DNA of 64,000 nucleotides from Squalus acanthias (taxonomy: Eukaryota): positions 142,478,001-142,542,000 of the forward strand of contig CM059431.1 of the NCBI GenBank assembly GCA_030390025.1. Direction: 5' to 3'. The translations under genes and the position numbers were made by a program. Under the pieces are notes generated by a model. The model worked only from the letters and a program-made list of their open reading frames with translations. It had not been told where the DNA came from and made no database searches. Position 1 is the first letter of the stretch. Every line of letters starts with the position of its first letter. Shown piece after piece: positions 37,101 to 49,100 of the stretch.

Positions 37101-40100
37101 TCCCCGAGGTACAAAGAGTTGGAGACTTACAGAGCCGCCTCTGAAGCGAATCTACTATCCCATTTGGGATTTCAATATTTATACCCTTTTCCAGTGGTAT
37201 TTCCTTTAAGGTTTTCTGCTGATGTAAGCTAATTATCTCTAGTCATTTTTCTGCTGACCCCTGCAATTCTTAGTCAGATCAGCTGGTAGCATTACAGAAT
37301 TATGTCTCTTCTCTAGGTGTTCTAAGTTTACCATAAAAAACGGTGCAACGGCAGGTGCATTTTACTTGATGTCATTTTTACGAAGGCAGATGTTTGTGCT
37401 TCTTTACGAAGTGTAAATTAGAACACCTTGTCTTGTTCCCAAAGGTCAGCCTGTCGGGAGCCTTTAACCTTCTGTTTCAATAAGGTTATTGATTCAGTGT
37501 CAACAACTATCTTATCTCTATAGCCAGAATGCTTTCACAGCTTTTTCATAGTTAGGTTTCTAGATTTCCAAACCCAGTTTGTCATGTTTTAATAAGGCCA
37601 GAATGCTTTCATAGAATGGTGTATTTTTCTGAATACGTTATATGGCTTATTCCTTCACAATGTAACAACAGGGGATTAAAAAAGACACTGAATCTAAAGA
37701 GTGAAAGAGAAATATAATATAATGTATACAACTACTAATACCCCGGCCCCCATCACATATTTATATATATATTTTTTTATCCAAACTTTTGTTTGGCCTT
37801 TTCTTCTTCCCTCCCAGAAGCTGGCAGCTGTCCTTCATTCTGCCAGCGCAATTCACACTTCATCTAGAGCCATCCTTTGTTCCTCAACCTGTCTCATTTC
37901 CACCTCCTCTTGCCTTGAATATCTTAATGTCTCTCAATGTCTCTTAATCTCTGCTGCTTTCTATCCTGTCACTGACCTTCCCTTTTGTTCTTTCATCCTC
38001 TCCCTCTTTTCCCAGCCCTAAACTTGCTTTAAAATCTATTTCATTTCCTGCTTTTTCCAGTTCTGATGAAAGGTCTTCGACCTGAAACGTTAACTCTGTT
38101 TCTCTCTCCACGGATGCTGCCTGGCCTGCTGAGTTTTTCCAGCATTTTCTGTTGTTATTTCGGATTTCCAGCATCCGCAGTATTTTGCTATCGTACTAAT
38201 ATTTCATCCCTAATTCATTCTGTCCTTAACCAGAACGGGGTATAAATTCATCCACTAATTTTAATTAACAGATAATTCCTGCTGTTCCCCTGGGTAGTGA
38301 CGTCCCACACCAAGAGCACAGGGGCAGGAAATTACAGACTGAATGAGCTCAACTTGTCCTTGTGCATGAAACACAAAAAGTTAGCATGCAGGTACAGCAA
38401 GTAATCAAAAAGGCAAATAGAATGTTGGCCTTTATTTCAAAGGGGTTGGAGTGTAAAAGCAGGGAAGTCCTGCTACAACTGTACAGGGTATTGGTGAGAC
38501 CACACCTTGAGTACTGCGTACAGTTTTGGTCTCCTTATTTAAGGGAGGTTATATTTGCATTGGAGGCAGTTCATAGACGATTCACTAGGTTAATTCCAGA
38601 GATGAGGGGGTTGACTTATGAGGAAAGGTTGAGCAGGCTGGGCCTATACACATTGGAGTTTAGAAGAATGAGAGGTGATCTTATTGAAACATATAAGATA
38701 CTGAGGGGGCTTGACAAGGTAGATGCAGAGAGGATGTTTCCCCGCATGGGGAAATCTAGAACGCGGGGGCACAGTTTTACAATAAAGGGTCACCCTTTTA
38801 GAACTGAGATGAGGAGGAACTTCTTCTCTCAGAGGGTCGTAAATCTGTGGAATTCTCTGCCCCAGAGAGCCGTGGAGGCTGGGTCATTAATTACATTTAA
38901 GGTGGAGCGAGACAAATTTTTGCAAGATAAGGGAGTGAATGGATATGGGGAGCAGGCGGGGAAGTGGCTTTGAGCCCAAGATCAGCCATGATCTTATTGA
39001 ATGGCGGAGCAGGCTCGAGGGGCCAAGTGGCCTATTCCTGCTCCTATTTCTTATGTTATGTAATTTCTTGACGTTCCCCTGGGGAGTGACGTTCCACACC
39101 CAGAGCACAGGGGCAGGAAATTACAGACTGAATGAGCTCAATTTCCTGCTGTTTCCCTGGGGAGTGATGTTCCACACCCAGAGCACAGGAGCAGGAAATT
39201 ACAGACTGAATGAGCTCAATGTCCTGATGTTCTCCACTGGGGAGTGACGTTCCACACCCAGAGCACAGGGGCAGGAAATTACAGACTGAATGAGCTCAAT
39301 TTCCTGATGTTTCCCTTTTGAGTGACGTTCCAAGAGCACAGGGGCAGGTAAGTTACCCAGTTGTGTAGTGTTTAGATAATTAATTATAGGAAGGAAATAA
39401 AAATAATGAAAAATTGTCCTGCAGATTAACTAGGATGTTATCAGGGATGAGGAGTTATTGTCATGGCAAGGATTTGAGAATTTAGGTCTCATGTCACTCG
39501 AGGTGTGCACAATAAGTGACGAGTTGATTCAAGATTCTGAAAGCTTATAATGAAATAAATGTTTACAGATTGACCAAACAGTGGAAACAGAGGGCACAAA
39601 TTTAGGATAATTCGCAGTATTACGGGTGAGGCTGGATATATTTACATCCGTATCGGTGGTTAGAATGCCTAATATACTTCCATTAATTGTTGCAAAAGCA
39701 AGTTTATAAAATGTTACAACAGGTATTTCTATTGCTTGCTTGGAGACTGTATGGGATATTAACGGTAATGGGCAGTGAGCAGGAGGTTGGGATTAGACTC
39801 GGTGGGATATTAACGGTAATGGGTAGTGAGCAGGAGGTTGGGATTAGACTAGGTGGGTAATTAGCGATAATGTATAGTGAGCAGGAGGTTGGGATTAGAC
39901 TAGGTGGGATATAAACGGTAATGGGTAGTGAGCAGGAGGTTGGGATTAGACTAGGTGGGATATTAACAGTAATGGGCAGTGAGCAGGAGGTTGGGATTAG
40001 ACTCGGTGGGATATTAACGGTAATGGGTAGTGAGCAGAGGTTGGGATTAGACTAGGTGGGTAATTAGCGATAATGTATAGTGAGCAGGAGGTTGGGATTA

Positions 40101-43100
40101 GACTAGGTGGGATATAAACGGTAATGGGTAGTGAGCAGGAGGTTGGGATTAGACTAGGTGGGATATTAACAGTAATGGGCAGTGAGCAGGAGGTTGGGAT
40201 TAGACTCGGTGGGTTATTAATAGTACGATAGCAAAATACTGCGGATGCTGGAAATCCGGGTTATTAATGGTAATGTGTTGAAAAAAAAAACCATAGAAAC
40301 ATAGAAAAATAGGAGCGGGTGCCGGCCATTTGGTCCTTCGAGCCTGCTCTGCCATTCAGTGTGATCATGGTTGATCCTCCCATTGCATGTAGAAGTCTTT
40401 CCTAACTTCACTCCTGAAAAGCTTGGATCTAATGTTTAGGCTATGTCCCCTAGCCCTAAACTCGCCAATTATCGGAAATAGCTTCTTTCTATCTACCCCT
40501 CAGACACCTTAATATCGTGAATACGTCAATCAAATCACCCCTTAAGCTTCTAAATTCCAGGGAATACACCCTAGTTTGTGTAACCTCTCCTTGGACTCTA
40601 TGCATCATTCTGGTAAATCTACGCTTCACTCTAAGGCTAATACTACGTTCCTAAGGTGTGGTGCCCAGAACTGAACACAGTGCTCCAGGTGTGGTCTGAC
40701 CAGTGCTGTGTATAGCTGTAGCATAATTTCTCCTCCTTATATTGCAGTCCTATAGATATAAATACCAACATACAATTAGACTTTTTGATTCTTTTCTGTA
40801 CTGTCCATGACAATTTAATGATATATGTACATGGGCCCTTAAATCTCTTTGGGCATCCACTGGTTCCAGCTTTTCACCATTTCGAGAGTATTCTGATCTC
40901 TCCTTTTTAGATCCTAAGTCGATGACATAAACATAGGAAAATAGGAGCAGGAGTCGGCCATTCGGCCCTTCGAGCCTTCTCCGCCATTCAATATGATCAT
41001 GGCTGATCCTCTATCTCAATACCATATTCCCGCTCTCTCCCCATACACCTTGATGCCTTTCATGTCCAGAAATCTATCTATCTCCTTCTTAAATATATTC
41101 AGTGACTTGGGCTCCACAGCCTTCTGTGGTAGAGAATTCCACAGGTTCACCACCCTCTGAGTGAAGAAATTTCTCCTCATCTCAGTCCTAAATGTCCTAC
41201 CCCGTATCCTGAGACTGTGACCCCTCGTTCTAGACCCCCCAGCCAGGGGAAACTTCCTCCCTGTATCCAGGCTGTCTAGCCCTGTCAGAATTGTATACGT
41301 TTCGATGAGATCCCCTCTCATTCTTCTAAACTCTAGTGAATACAGGCCTAGTCGACCCAATCTCTCCTCATATGACAGTCCTGCCAAGCCAGGAATTAGT
41401 CTGGTGAGCCTTCGCTGCACTCCCTCTATGGCAACTATATTTTTTCTTTGGTAAAGATACCAAAACTGCACACAGTACTCCAGGTGTGGTCTCACCAAGG
41501 CCCTGTATAACTGTAGTAAGACATCCTTGCTCCAGTACTCAAATCCTCTTGCAATGAAGGCCAACATACCATTTGACTTCCTAACTGCTTGCTGCAACTG
41601 CATGTTTGCTTTCAGTGACTGGTGAACAAGGACACCCAGGTCCCTTTGTACATCAACATTTCCCAATTCATCACCATTTAAATAGTACACTGCCTTTCTG
41701 TTTTTCCTACTGAAATGGACAACTTCACATTTATCCACGTTATACTGCATCTGCCATGTATTTGCCCACTCACTCAACTTGTCTAAATCACCTTGAAGCC
41801 TCTTTTCATCCTCCTTACAACTCACAATCCCACCTAGTTTCGTGTCATCAGCAAACTTGGAAATATTACATTTGGTTCCCTCATCCAAATCATTGATATA
41901 TATGGTGAATAGCTGGGGCCCAAGTACTGAGGGAAGCCTCAGGCTACAGGACAATATAGACGGGTTGGTTAGATGGGCAGAACAGTGGCAAATGGAATTT
42001 AACCCTGACAAGTGTGAGGTGATGTATTTTGGGAGGACTAACAAGGCAAGGGAATACACAATGAATGGTAGGACCCTAGGAAGAACAGAGGATCAGAGGG
42101 ACCTTGGTATGCATGTACATAGATCCCTAAAGGCAGGAGGACAGGTAGATAAGGTGGTTAAAAAGGCATTTGGGATACTTGCCTTCAATAGCCGAGGCAT
42201 AGATTATAAGAGCAGGGAGGTTATGATGGAGCTGTACAAAACGCTAGTTAGGCCACAGCTGGAATACTGCGTGCAGTTCTGGTCGCCACACTATAGGAAG
42301 GAGGTGATTGCATTGGAGAGGGTGCAGAGGAGATTCACCAGGATGTTACCTGGGCTGGAGTGCTTCAGCTATGAAGAGAGACTGGACCAGCTGGGGTTGT
42401 TTTCCTTAGAGCAGAGAAGGCTGAGGGGGGACCTGATTGAGGTGTACAAAATTATGAGGGGCATAGATAGGGGAAAAGTTCCTTTCTATCTACCCTTAAT
42501 AGAGGGGTCAATAACCAGGGGGCATAGTTTCAAGCTAAGGGGCAGGAGGTTTAGAGGGGATTTGAGGAAAAACTTTTTCACCCAGAGGGTGGTTGGAATC
42601 TGGAACTCACTGCCTGAAAGGGTGGTAGAGGCAGGAACCCTCACAACATTCAAGAAGCATTGAGATGAGCACTTGAAACGTCATAGCATACAAGGCTACG
42701 GACCAAGTGCTGGAAAATGGGATTAGAATAGACAGGGCTTGATGGCCGGCGCGGACACGATGGGCCGAATGGCCTCTTTCTGTGCTGCATAACTCTATGA
42801 CTCCGCCTGCCACCCTGAAAAAGACCCATTTAATCCTACTCTGTTTCCTGTCTGTTAACTAATTTTCAATCCATGCCGGTATATTACCCCTAATCCCATG
42901 TGCTTTAATTTTGCACACTAACCTCTTATGTGGGACTTTATCAAAGGCCTTCTGAAAATCCAAATACACCACATCCACTGGTTCTCCCTTATCTATTCTA
43001 CCAGTTACATCCTCAAAAAAACTCCAGTAGGTTTGTCAAACACGATTTCCCTTTCATAAATCCATGGTGACTTTGTCTCATCCCGTTGATATTTTCTAAG

Positions 43101-46100
43101 TGTCCTGTTTTCCCTACTACTGATGTTAGGCTAACCGGCCTGTAGTTCCCTGTTTTCTCTCTCCCTCCTTTCTTAAATAGTGGGGTTATATTTGCCACCC
43201 TCCAATCTACAGGGACTGTTCCATAATCTGTAGAATTTTCGAAGATGACAACCAATGCATCCACTATTTCCATGGCTACATCTTTTATTACTCTGTGATC
43301 CAGATTATCAGGCCCTGGGGATTTATCATCTTTCAGTCCCATTAATTGCTCTAGCACTAGATTTCACGAATACTAATTTCCTTTAATTCCTAATTCTCAC
43401 TAGACCCTTGGTTCGCTAGCATTTCTGGGAAGTTATTTGTGTCCTCTTCCGTGAAGACAGAACCAAAGTAGTTGTTTAATTGCTCTGCCATTTCCTTGTT
43501 CCCCATTATAAATTCTCCAGTTTCTGACTGTAAGGGACCTACATTTGTCTTCACTAATCTTTTTCTTTTTACATACTTGTAGAAGCTTTCACAGTCCGCT
43601 TTTAAGTTCCTTGCAAGTTTACTCTCATACTCTATTTTTCACCTCTTAATCAATCTCTTGGTCCTTTTTTGCTGAATTCTAAACTGCTCCCAATCCTCAG
43701 GCTTGCTACTTTTTCTGGCAACTTTATTTGACTCCTTTTTGGATCTAATACTATCCTTAATTTCTTTTGTTAGCCATTGTTAGCCGCTTTTCCTTTTGTG
43801 TTTTATTGCACCAGATAGGAATGTATAACTGTTGCAATTCATGCATTCGTTCTTTAAATGTTATCCATTGCCTATCCAGCGTCATGCCTTTTAATGAAGC
43901 TCTCCAATCTATCATAGCCAACTCACTCCTCCTACTAGGAGGTTGGGATTAAATTTGGTGGGATATTTACGGTAATGGGTAATGAATAGGAGGTTGGGAT
44001 GCGACTAGGTGGGATATTAACGGTAATGGGTAGTGAGCAGGAGGTTGGGATTAAACTAGGGGGGATATTAACGATAATGGGTAATGAATAGGAGGCTGGG
44101 ATTAGACTGGGAGGGATATTAATGGTATTGGGCAGTGAGCAGGAGGTTGGGATTAGACTAGGTGGGCTATTAACACTAATGGGCAGTGAGCAGGAGGTTG
44201 GGATTAGACTGGGTGGGATATTAACGGTAATGGGCAGTGAGCAGGAGGTTGGGATTAGACTAGGTGGGATATTAACGGTAATGGGTAGAGAGCAGGAGGT
44301 TGGGATTAGACTGGGTGGGATATTAACGGTAATGGGTAGTGATCAGGAGGTTGGGATTAGACTAGGTGGGATATTAACGGTAATGGGTAGTGAGCAGGAG
44401 CTTGGGATTAGACTAGGTGGGATATTAATGGGAATGGATAGTGAGCAAGAGGTTGGGATTTGACTAGGTGGGATATTAACTGTAATGGTTAGTGAGCAGA
44501 AGGTTGGGAATAGACTAGGTGGGATATTAATGATAATGGGTAAACATAGAAGATAGGAGCAGGAGTAGGCCATTCGGCCCCTCGAGCCTGCTCCGCCATT
44601 CAATGCGATCATGGCTGATTATCCAAATTCAGTATCCTTTCTCCCCATATCCCTTGATCCCCTTAGCCTTAAGAACTGTATCTAACTCCTTCTTGAATAT
44701 ATTTATCGAATTGGACTCAACTGTCTTCTGTGGTAGAGAATTCCACAGGTTCAACACTCTCTGGGTGAAGAAATTCCTCCTCATCTCAGTCCTAAATGGC
44801 TTACCCCTTATCCTTAGACTGTGACCCCTGGTTCTGGACTCCCCCACCATCGGGAACATCCTTCCTGCATCTAGTCTGTCTAGTCCTGTTAGAATTGTAT
44901 AAGTTTCAATGAGATCCCCTCTCATTCTTCTAAACTCTAGCGAATACAAGCCCAATCAACTCAATCTCTCTTCATACGTCATTCCTGCCATCCCAGGTAT
45001 CAGTCTGGTGAATCTTCGCTGCACTCTCTCCATGGCAAGAACATCCTTCCTCAGATAAGGCGACCAAAACTGCACACAATACTCAAGGTGTGGTCTCACC
45101 AAGGCCCTGTACAACTGCAGCAAGACATCCTTGCTCCTGTACTCGAATCCTCTCACTATGAAGGCCAACATACCATTTGCCTTCTTAACCACCTGCTGCA
45201 CCTGCATGCTTACCTTCAGCGACTGGTGCACAAGGACACCCAGATCTCGTTGCACTACCCCTTTTCCCAATCTATTGCTGTTCAGATAATAATCTGCCTT
45301 CCTGTTTTTGCCACCAAAGTGGATAACCTCGCATTTATCCACATTATACTGCATCTGCCGTGCATCTGCCCAATCACCTAACCTGTCCAAATCATACTGG
45401 AGTTTCACTGCATCCTCCTCACAGCACACACGCCCACCCAGCTTTGTGTCGTCTGCAAACTTGTAGGGTAGTGAGCAGGAGGTTGGGATTTGACTAGGTG
45501 GGATATTAACTGTAATGTGTAGTGAGCAGGAGGTTGGGATTAGACTTGGTGACTCGGGGAGGAGAAAACAAACAGTTGCACATTATCGATGGGGGATCGT
45601 CTGGCGTTTCTGTCCCCATATTTTTGGGGTTATTTTCCTTGAGTTTCATAAATTGTCGCCATTTGAGCTCTTCTGTTAAAATTTCTTGTTTAACCCACAG
45701 GCAATTTTGTTGTCAACTAACAGTTCCCCGATTTTCTATTAAGTAGATTCCTGGTCACTCAGCTCATTGCCTTCCCTCTAAGCCCTGTCTGTTGCCTCTT
45801 GTCTCTCCTATTCCCAGTCCCACTAAAATCTTTCCCTTTGTTTTCAGTCCACACAAGAGTTATACCCGAACCGTTACCATCTTCTTTGTACAGACATGAC
45901 GGAACCGCTGGGTATTTTAACCTCTTCATATCATTGTTTCAGATTCACAATATTTGACATTTTATCCATTTATTTCCTATTTTGCCAGTTCCTGTTCTGT
46001 AACATTCTACCAGTCTAAGATCTGATATTGTACCAGATGTTGGGGTGTACGAACAGGTCAATACCCGATAGAATATTGATATAGTCCTGCCACTTTATAA

Positions 46101-49100
46101 ATCATTGGTGTTACCGCACTTAGCATACTGTGTACAGTTCGGATTGCCTCAGTACAAAGGTTATTGCAGATATTGAAGAGAACAACTAGTTTGATTGAGA
46201 GGATGGAGGGGTTGGATTAGGAGGAGCTAGTGTGTAAATTGGACATGTTCTCACTGGAAAAGAGAAGTTTGAGAGGTGATATGATCGCTGATTCACTTTA
46301 TCCAGTATAGTAGAAACAGAGGACACGGCCTGTGCTTGAAGGAGGGTAAATTCAAAACTAATCTGCGGAAACAATATTTCAGTGAGCGAGTGGTCAATCT
46401 GGGGAACAGGCTCCCTGAGGAGATGGGGGAAGCAGTTAATATTGATTCATTAAAGGGCAAATTAGATAGATTTATTTCAGAAAATACCATTTTGGGGTGC
46501 AGTATATGAGTAATTTGTGATATGACATGTGGTAATTGCAGCATGCCTGGGAGGAAGAGGTGTCTTTGGATCTACGGTTCTCAAAGCTCTCCACCTCTGG
46601 GGTTTTCCTCACCTCATGTCTGGGTCTGTTGTAGACTAATTGATAGAGATCGATTAGTCAACATCTCCATTATCATTGTAGCATTCGATACCAGGATGTT
46701 AGGAGGGGAATTACACAGACCTCGGACTTTTCTAATCTGGCGATTCTTTTGTTCCTATGTTAGGACATTCTGTCAGCTCTGTGATGTTAGAATAATCTAA
46801 ACTCATTCTGTGTCCCTCGCACTTACGTGATACTCTTGCCCACTGAAATGGTCCTCGCCTGTTAACCAGAGACCGAGTCCCTTCACACCCTCTTCAATCG
46901 CCTGTTCTAGTCTGTCCCGGTAGAATTTCGTCAATTGGAACAGCTGGTAATCGTCGCACTTGGTCAAGAACATATTGATTCTCGAGTTCGGATCTGTGAA
47001 CACAAAGAACCACATCAACAAACACCTTCTGAAAACCCACATACATCGCATGTGCTACATTCCATCAATCTATAAAGTCAATTCTTAAAAAGTGTGCAAA
47101 TTTGTCAAACACGACTTGCCTTCCAGCCACCCCGATCATCCACTGCATCTGTAAATTTTCACTAATTCAACCTTGAAATTCAGATTCCAGGGGTTTGCTT
47201 ACAGCGCAATGTGCGGGAAGTGTCGCCAGTTACAGCAACTCGAGCTCCGGGTTTCGGAGCTTGAGCCGCGGCTGCAGTCGCTGCAGTGCATCCGCGAGGC
47301 TGACAGTTACATGGATAGCACGTTTCTAGAGGCGGTCACCCCGCAGCTCAATAGTATGCAGGCAGAAAGGGAATGTGTGACCGCCAGACAGAAGAGGAGG
47401 ACCAAGCAGGTAGTGCAGGAGTCCCCAGAGTGCATCGCGCTCTCCAACCAGTATTCTGTTCTGAGTACTGGTGAGGGCGATGGTTCGTCTGGGGAGTGTA
47501 GCCAGAATCAAGTCCACGGCACCACGGGAGGCTCAGCTGCACGACTGGGGGCGGGGGAGGAAAAGGAGTGGAAGAGCAATAGTAGTAAGGGGGATTTACT
47601 AGTTAGGGGAGCAGACAGGCATTTCTGTGGCCGTAGACATGACTCCAGGATGGTATATTGCCTTCCTGGTGCCAGGGTCAAGGATGTCACTGAGCGGCTG
47701 CAGGGCACTCTGAGGGGGGAGGGTGAACAGCCAGAGGTCGTTGTCCATATCTGTACCATCGACATAAGCAGAAAGAGGGATGAGGTCCTGCAGGCAGAGT
47801 TTAGGGAGCTAGGAGATTAAAAAGCAGGACCTCAAAAAGTAGTAATCTCCGGATTACTCCCGGTGCCACGTGCTGGTGAGTACAAGAATAGGGGGATAGA
47901 ACAAATGAATGCGGGGCTGGAGAGATGGTGCAGGAGGGAGGGCTTTAGATTCCTGAGGCATTGGGACCGTTTCTGGGGAAGGTGAGACAAGCCGAACGGG
48001 TTCCACCTCAACAGAGCCGGGACCAATATTCTTGCAGGGAGGTTTGTTAGTGCTGTTGGGGAGGGTTTAAACTAGCTTGGCAAGGGGATGGGCACCAGCA
48101 TATAGGAGCAGAAAAGAGGAATAAGGTGCATAAAAGAATGAGTATGTTGGAAGTACTAGAGGCGGTATTAGTACCATATTAGATAGCAGACTAAGGCTAC
48201 GAAAAATTCAAAAATGGGTTTAGAATGCATGTACGTAAACGCACAAACTTTGGTGAATAAGGTTGATGAGCTATAAGAACAATTAACCGTGTGGCAATAT
48301 GATGTTGTGGCAATAACGGAAACGTGGCTTAAAAACGGTGAAGACTGGGCAATTAATATTCAACGGTACAAGGTGTTCAGAAAAGATAGGGAAGGAAACA
48401 AGTGAGGTGGGGTGGCAGTGCTGATTGAGGAAGACATTGTAGTGTTGGAAAGGGAGGATGTTCTTGAGGGGACAAGGACAGAATCCATTTGGTTAGAGTT
48501 CAGGCGCAAAAGGGTATGATCACGCTATTAGGGGTATTCTATAGGCCTCCAAATAGAGAGAGGGAGGTAGAGGAGAAAAACTGCAAGGAAATCGCAGCGA
48601 TATGCAAGAGCTATCGAGTGGTGATACTGGGGACTTTAATTACCCAAATATCGATTGGTATATTACTGTACTAGGGTAAAAGGAAAGGAGGGGGAGGAAT
48701 TTCTGAAATGTGTTCAGGAGAATTTTTTTGACGAATATGTTCTTGGCCCAACTAGGAAGGAGGCATTGCTGGATCTGCTACTGGGGAATGAGGTGGGCCA
48801 GGTCGACAAAGTGTCTGCGGGAAAACACTTGGGTACAAGTGATCATAAGATTTAGATTAGCAATGGAGAGGAGCAAGGAACAATCTGGAATGGAACTTCT
48901 AAACTGGAATAGGGCTAACTTCAATGGGATGTGAAAGGATCTAGCCAGGGTAAAATGGAACCAATAACTGACAGCAAAAACCTAAACGAAACAATGGGTG
49001 ATCTTTAAGGAGTAGATGTTCCAAGTACAGGCTAGGTACATTCCAACAAGAGGGAAGGGTAAGGGAACCACAGCAAGGGCTCCTTGGATGATAAGGGAGA

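Larger units (their letters stand above)
39751..45551. repeat. 51-bp minisatellite in three blocks (39751-40275, 43935-44543, 45467-45551) separated by CR1 insertions
   Basis: Unit gggatattaacggtaatgggtagtgagcaggaggttgggattagactaggt. Confidence 0.93.

Noticed and set aside
41016..42663. Overlapping 347-aa and 273-aa ORFs on opposite strands
   Set aside because: They are chance read-throughs across the junction of two opposite CR1 fragments, not a fusion gene.
44122..44463. 17-aa repeat protein
   Set aside because: It is a translation of the 51-bp minisatellite.
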